IMG/VR virus record: IMGVR_UViG_3300021256_003716
Source of the DNA: an uncultured virus (IMG/VR IMGVR_UViG_3300021256_003716)
Taxonomy: Duplodnaviria > Heunggongvirae > Uroviricota > Caudoviricetes
Strand: one strand, 5' to 3'
Length of the DNA: 64,000 nt
The first letter of the stretch is position 1. Each line of letters starts with the position of its first letter. Of this stretch, positions 63,059 to 64,000 are shown piece by piece. A program made the position numbers and the translations under genes. The notes below the pieces were generated by a model. The model searched no databases. It had not been told where the DNA came from and saw nothing but the letters and a program-made list of their open reading frames with translations.

Positions 63059-63062
63059 ATTT

Positions 63063-63135
63063 GCTAACTTAGCTCCAGTGGTAGAGCACATCCATGGTAA
63101 GGATGGGGTCATTGGTTCAAATCCAATAGTTAGCT
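63063..63135 (+). tRNA. tRNA-Thr(GGT)
   Basis: GCTAACT/AGTTAGC; CATCC-ATGGTAA-GGATG; ATTGG-TTCAAAT-CCAAT. Confidence 0.92.
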
Positions 63136-63137
63136 CT

Positions 63138-63299
63138 AAAATTAAATGCTGTAGTAAAAGACTTACTTAGTTTCTATCCATTTTTTAGAAATATAGCTTA
63201 GGGGTCTAGAGCGCTGCTAGTAAATAGCAGAGACCTGGGTTCGAATCCCAGTTTAGTGCGTAAGCACTGTTAGTTTTTTGCGAATTTTGCTTTAATTTT
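63138..63299 (+). ncRNA. Second Y RNA-like tRNA mimic (D, anticodon-like and T arms, no acceptor stem)
   Basis: Same AATGCTGTA...TTACTT / CGAATTTTGC scaffold as 60519-60658 with compensatory stem changes; CTGGG-TTCGAAT-CCCAG T arm. Confidence 0.7.
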
Positions 63300-63381
63300 T
63301 TTAAGGAGAACATCTTTGAAAAAACTTCACATAAGGAAAAATACAGTCTTTTAAGTGAATTAATTCACTAAGGAGATTGTA

Positions 63382-64000
63382 ATGAGTAGAAGTTACAAAA
63401 AACACGGCGGATTTGCAATCTGTTCTTCTAATTCTGATAAGGAAGACAGAACATTGTATCATCGCGCTTTTAGAAGAAAAATAAAAGCTCTTCTTCATGA
63501 AATTTCTCTTATGGATATTAAGAGAGATTTATCTGATTCTATTGGAATGTCAGACTCAGAATTTTCTGATATTTGTATTCTTTGTAAAGTAACAAATTCT
63601 GCAAATGAAGATTTTGATTATGATGATTCAAAAGATTACTGGGTAGAATCTGATGAGCCTTATGTATCTTATCACAAATGTGTAAATCATAAATGCTACT
63701 CAATTGAGCCAAATTCAGCAATAGATAAAATTATAACTAAAGGAATTGATTATAGTTTACCAATGGCTGATAAATGGTCTTGGGGATCAGATGGTGGAAC
63801 ACGCTGGAGAGAAGATCTTTTAACAATCAGAAAAGATTTCGATACTGAAGTTTTTGCAGTTACAAATAATCGTTTTAGGCATCATACAATCTGGGATGAT
63901 TATATTTATAATAAAGAAAGATATTCAAATAAAAATCATCCATCATGGATTGTTACTTTAGCATATAAGGTAGTAAAACCTGATTTTGTTCCTTGTTGGT
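63382..64000 (+). CDS. Hypothetical protein (3'-truncated by window)
   Basis: AAGGAG RBS; MSRSYKKHGGFAICSSNSDKEDRTLYHRAFRRK...; frame appears open to the window end. Confidence 0.7.
   Translation, partial: MSRSYKKHGGFAICSSNSDKEDRTLYHRAFRRKIKALLHEISLMDIKRDLSDSIGMSDSEFSDICILCKVTNSANEDFDYDDSKDYWVESDEPYVSYHKCVNHKCYSIEPNSAIDKIITKGIDYSLPMADKWSWGSDGGTRWREDLLTIRKDFDTEVFAVTNNRFRHHTIWDDYIYNKERYSNKNHPSWIVTLAYKVVKPDFVPCW

Noticed and set aside
1..64000. Stop-codon reassignment (alternative genetic code), as seen in some gut jumbo phages
   Set aside because: Long genes are intact under the standard code, TAG and TGA end genes at sensible places, and no suppressor tRNA is seen

Overview
This AT-rich window looks like part of a large, T4-like/jumbo lytic phage genome. 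The host is most likely an anaerobic Treponema-type spirochete, inferred from spirochete-type FlaB and FlaA homologs and a class III ribonucleotide reductase. Left to right it holds: the end of an SbcC/gp46-like ATPase, nrdD-nrdG, a MoxR AAA+/VWA-peptidase pair, a prohead protease-scaffold fusion with probable internal head proteins, a putative late sigma factor and sliding clamp, three dispersed membrane-bound c-di-GMP enzymes (HD-GYP, GGDEF-EAL, GGDEF), flagellin FlaB, sheath protein FlaA, a secreted nuclease, about 18 kb of small accessory ORFs, and a tRNA array (13 canonical tRNAs) with two free-standing endonucleases. The top finding is a ribosome-dependent attenuator in front of the tRNA array. 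Its 43-aa leader peptide draws 34 of 43 residues from exactly the seven amino acids served by the downstream tRNAs (Asn, Ala, Thr, Tyr, Ser, Glu, Asp), and its stop codon lies in an antiterminator that competes with a GAAA-loop terminator. This suggests the phage switches on its tRNAs when host tRNAs are depleted. The array also contains two Y-RNA-like tRNA mimics on a shared covarying scaffold (one is a circularly permuted tRNA-Asn) and two oversized tRNA-like RNAs. All calls are by eye from motifs and pairing; no searches were run.
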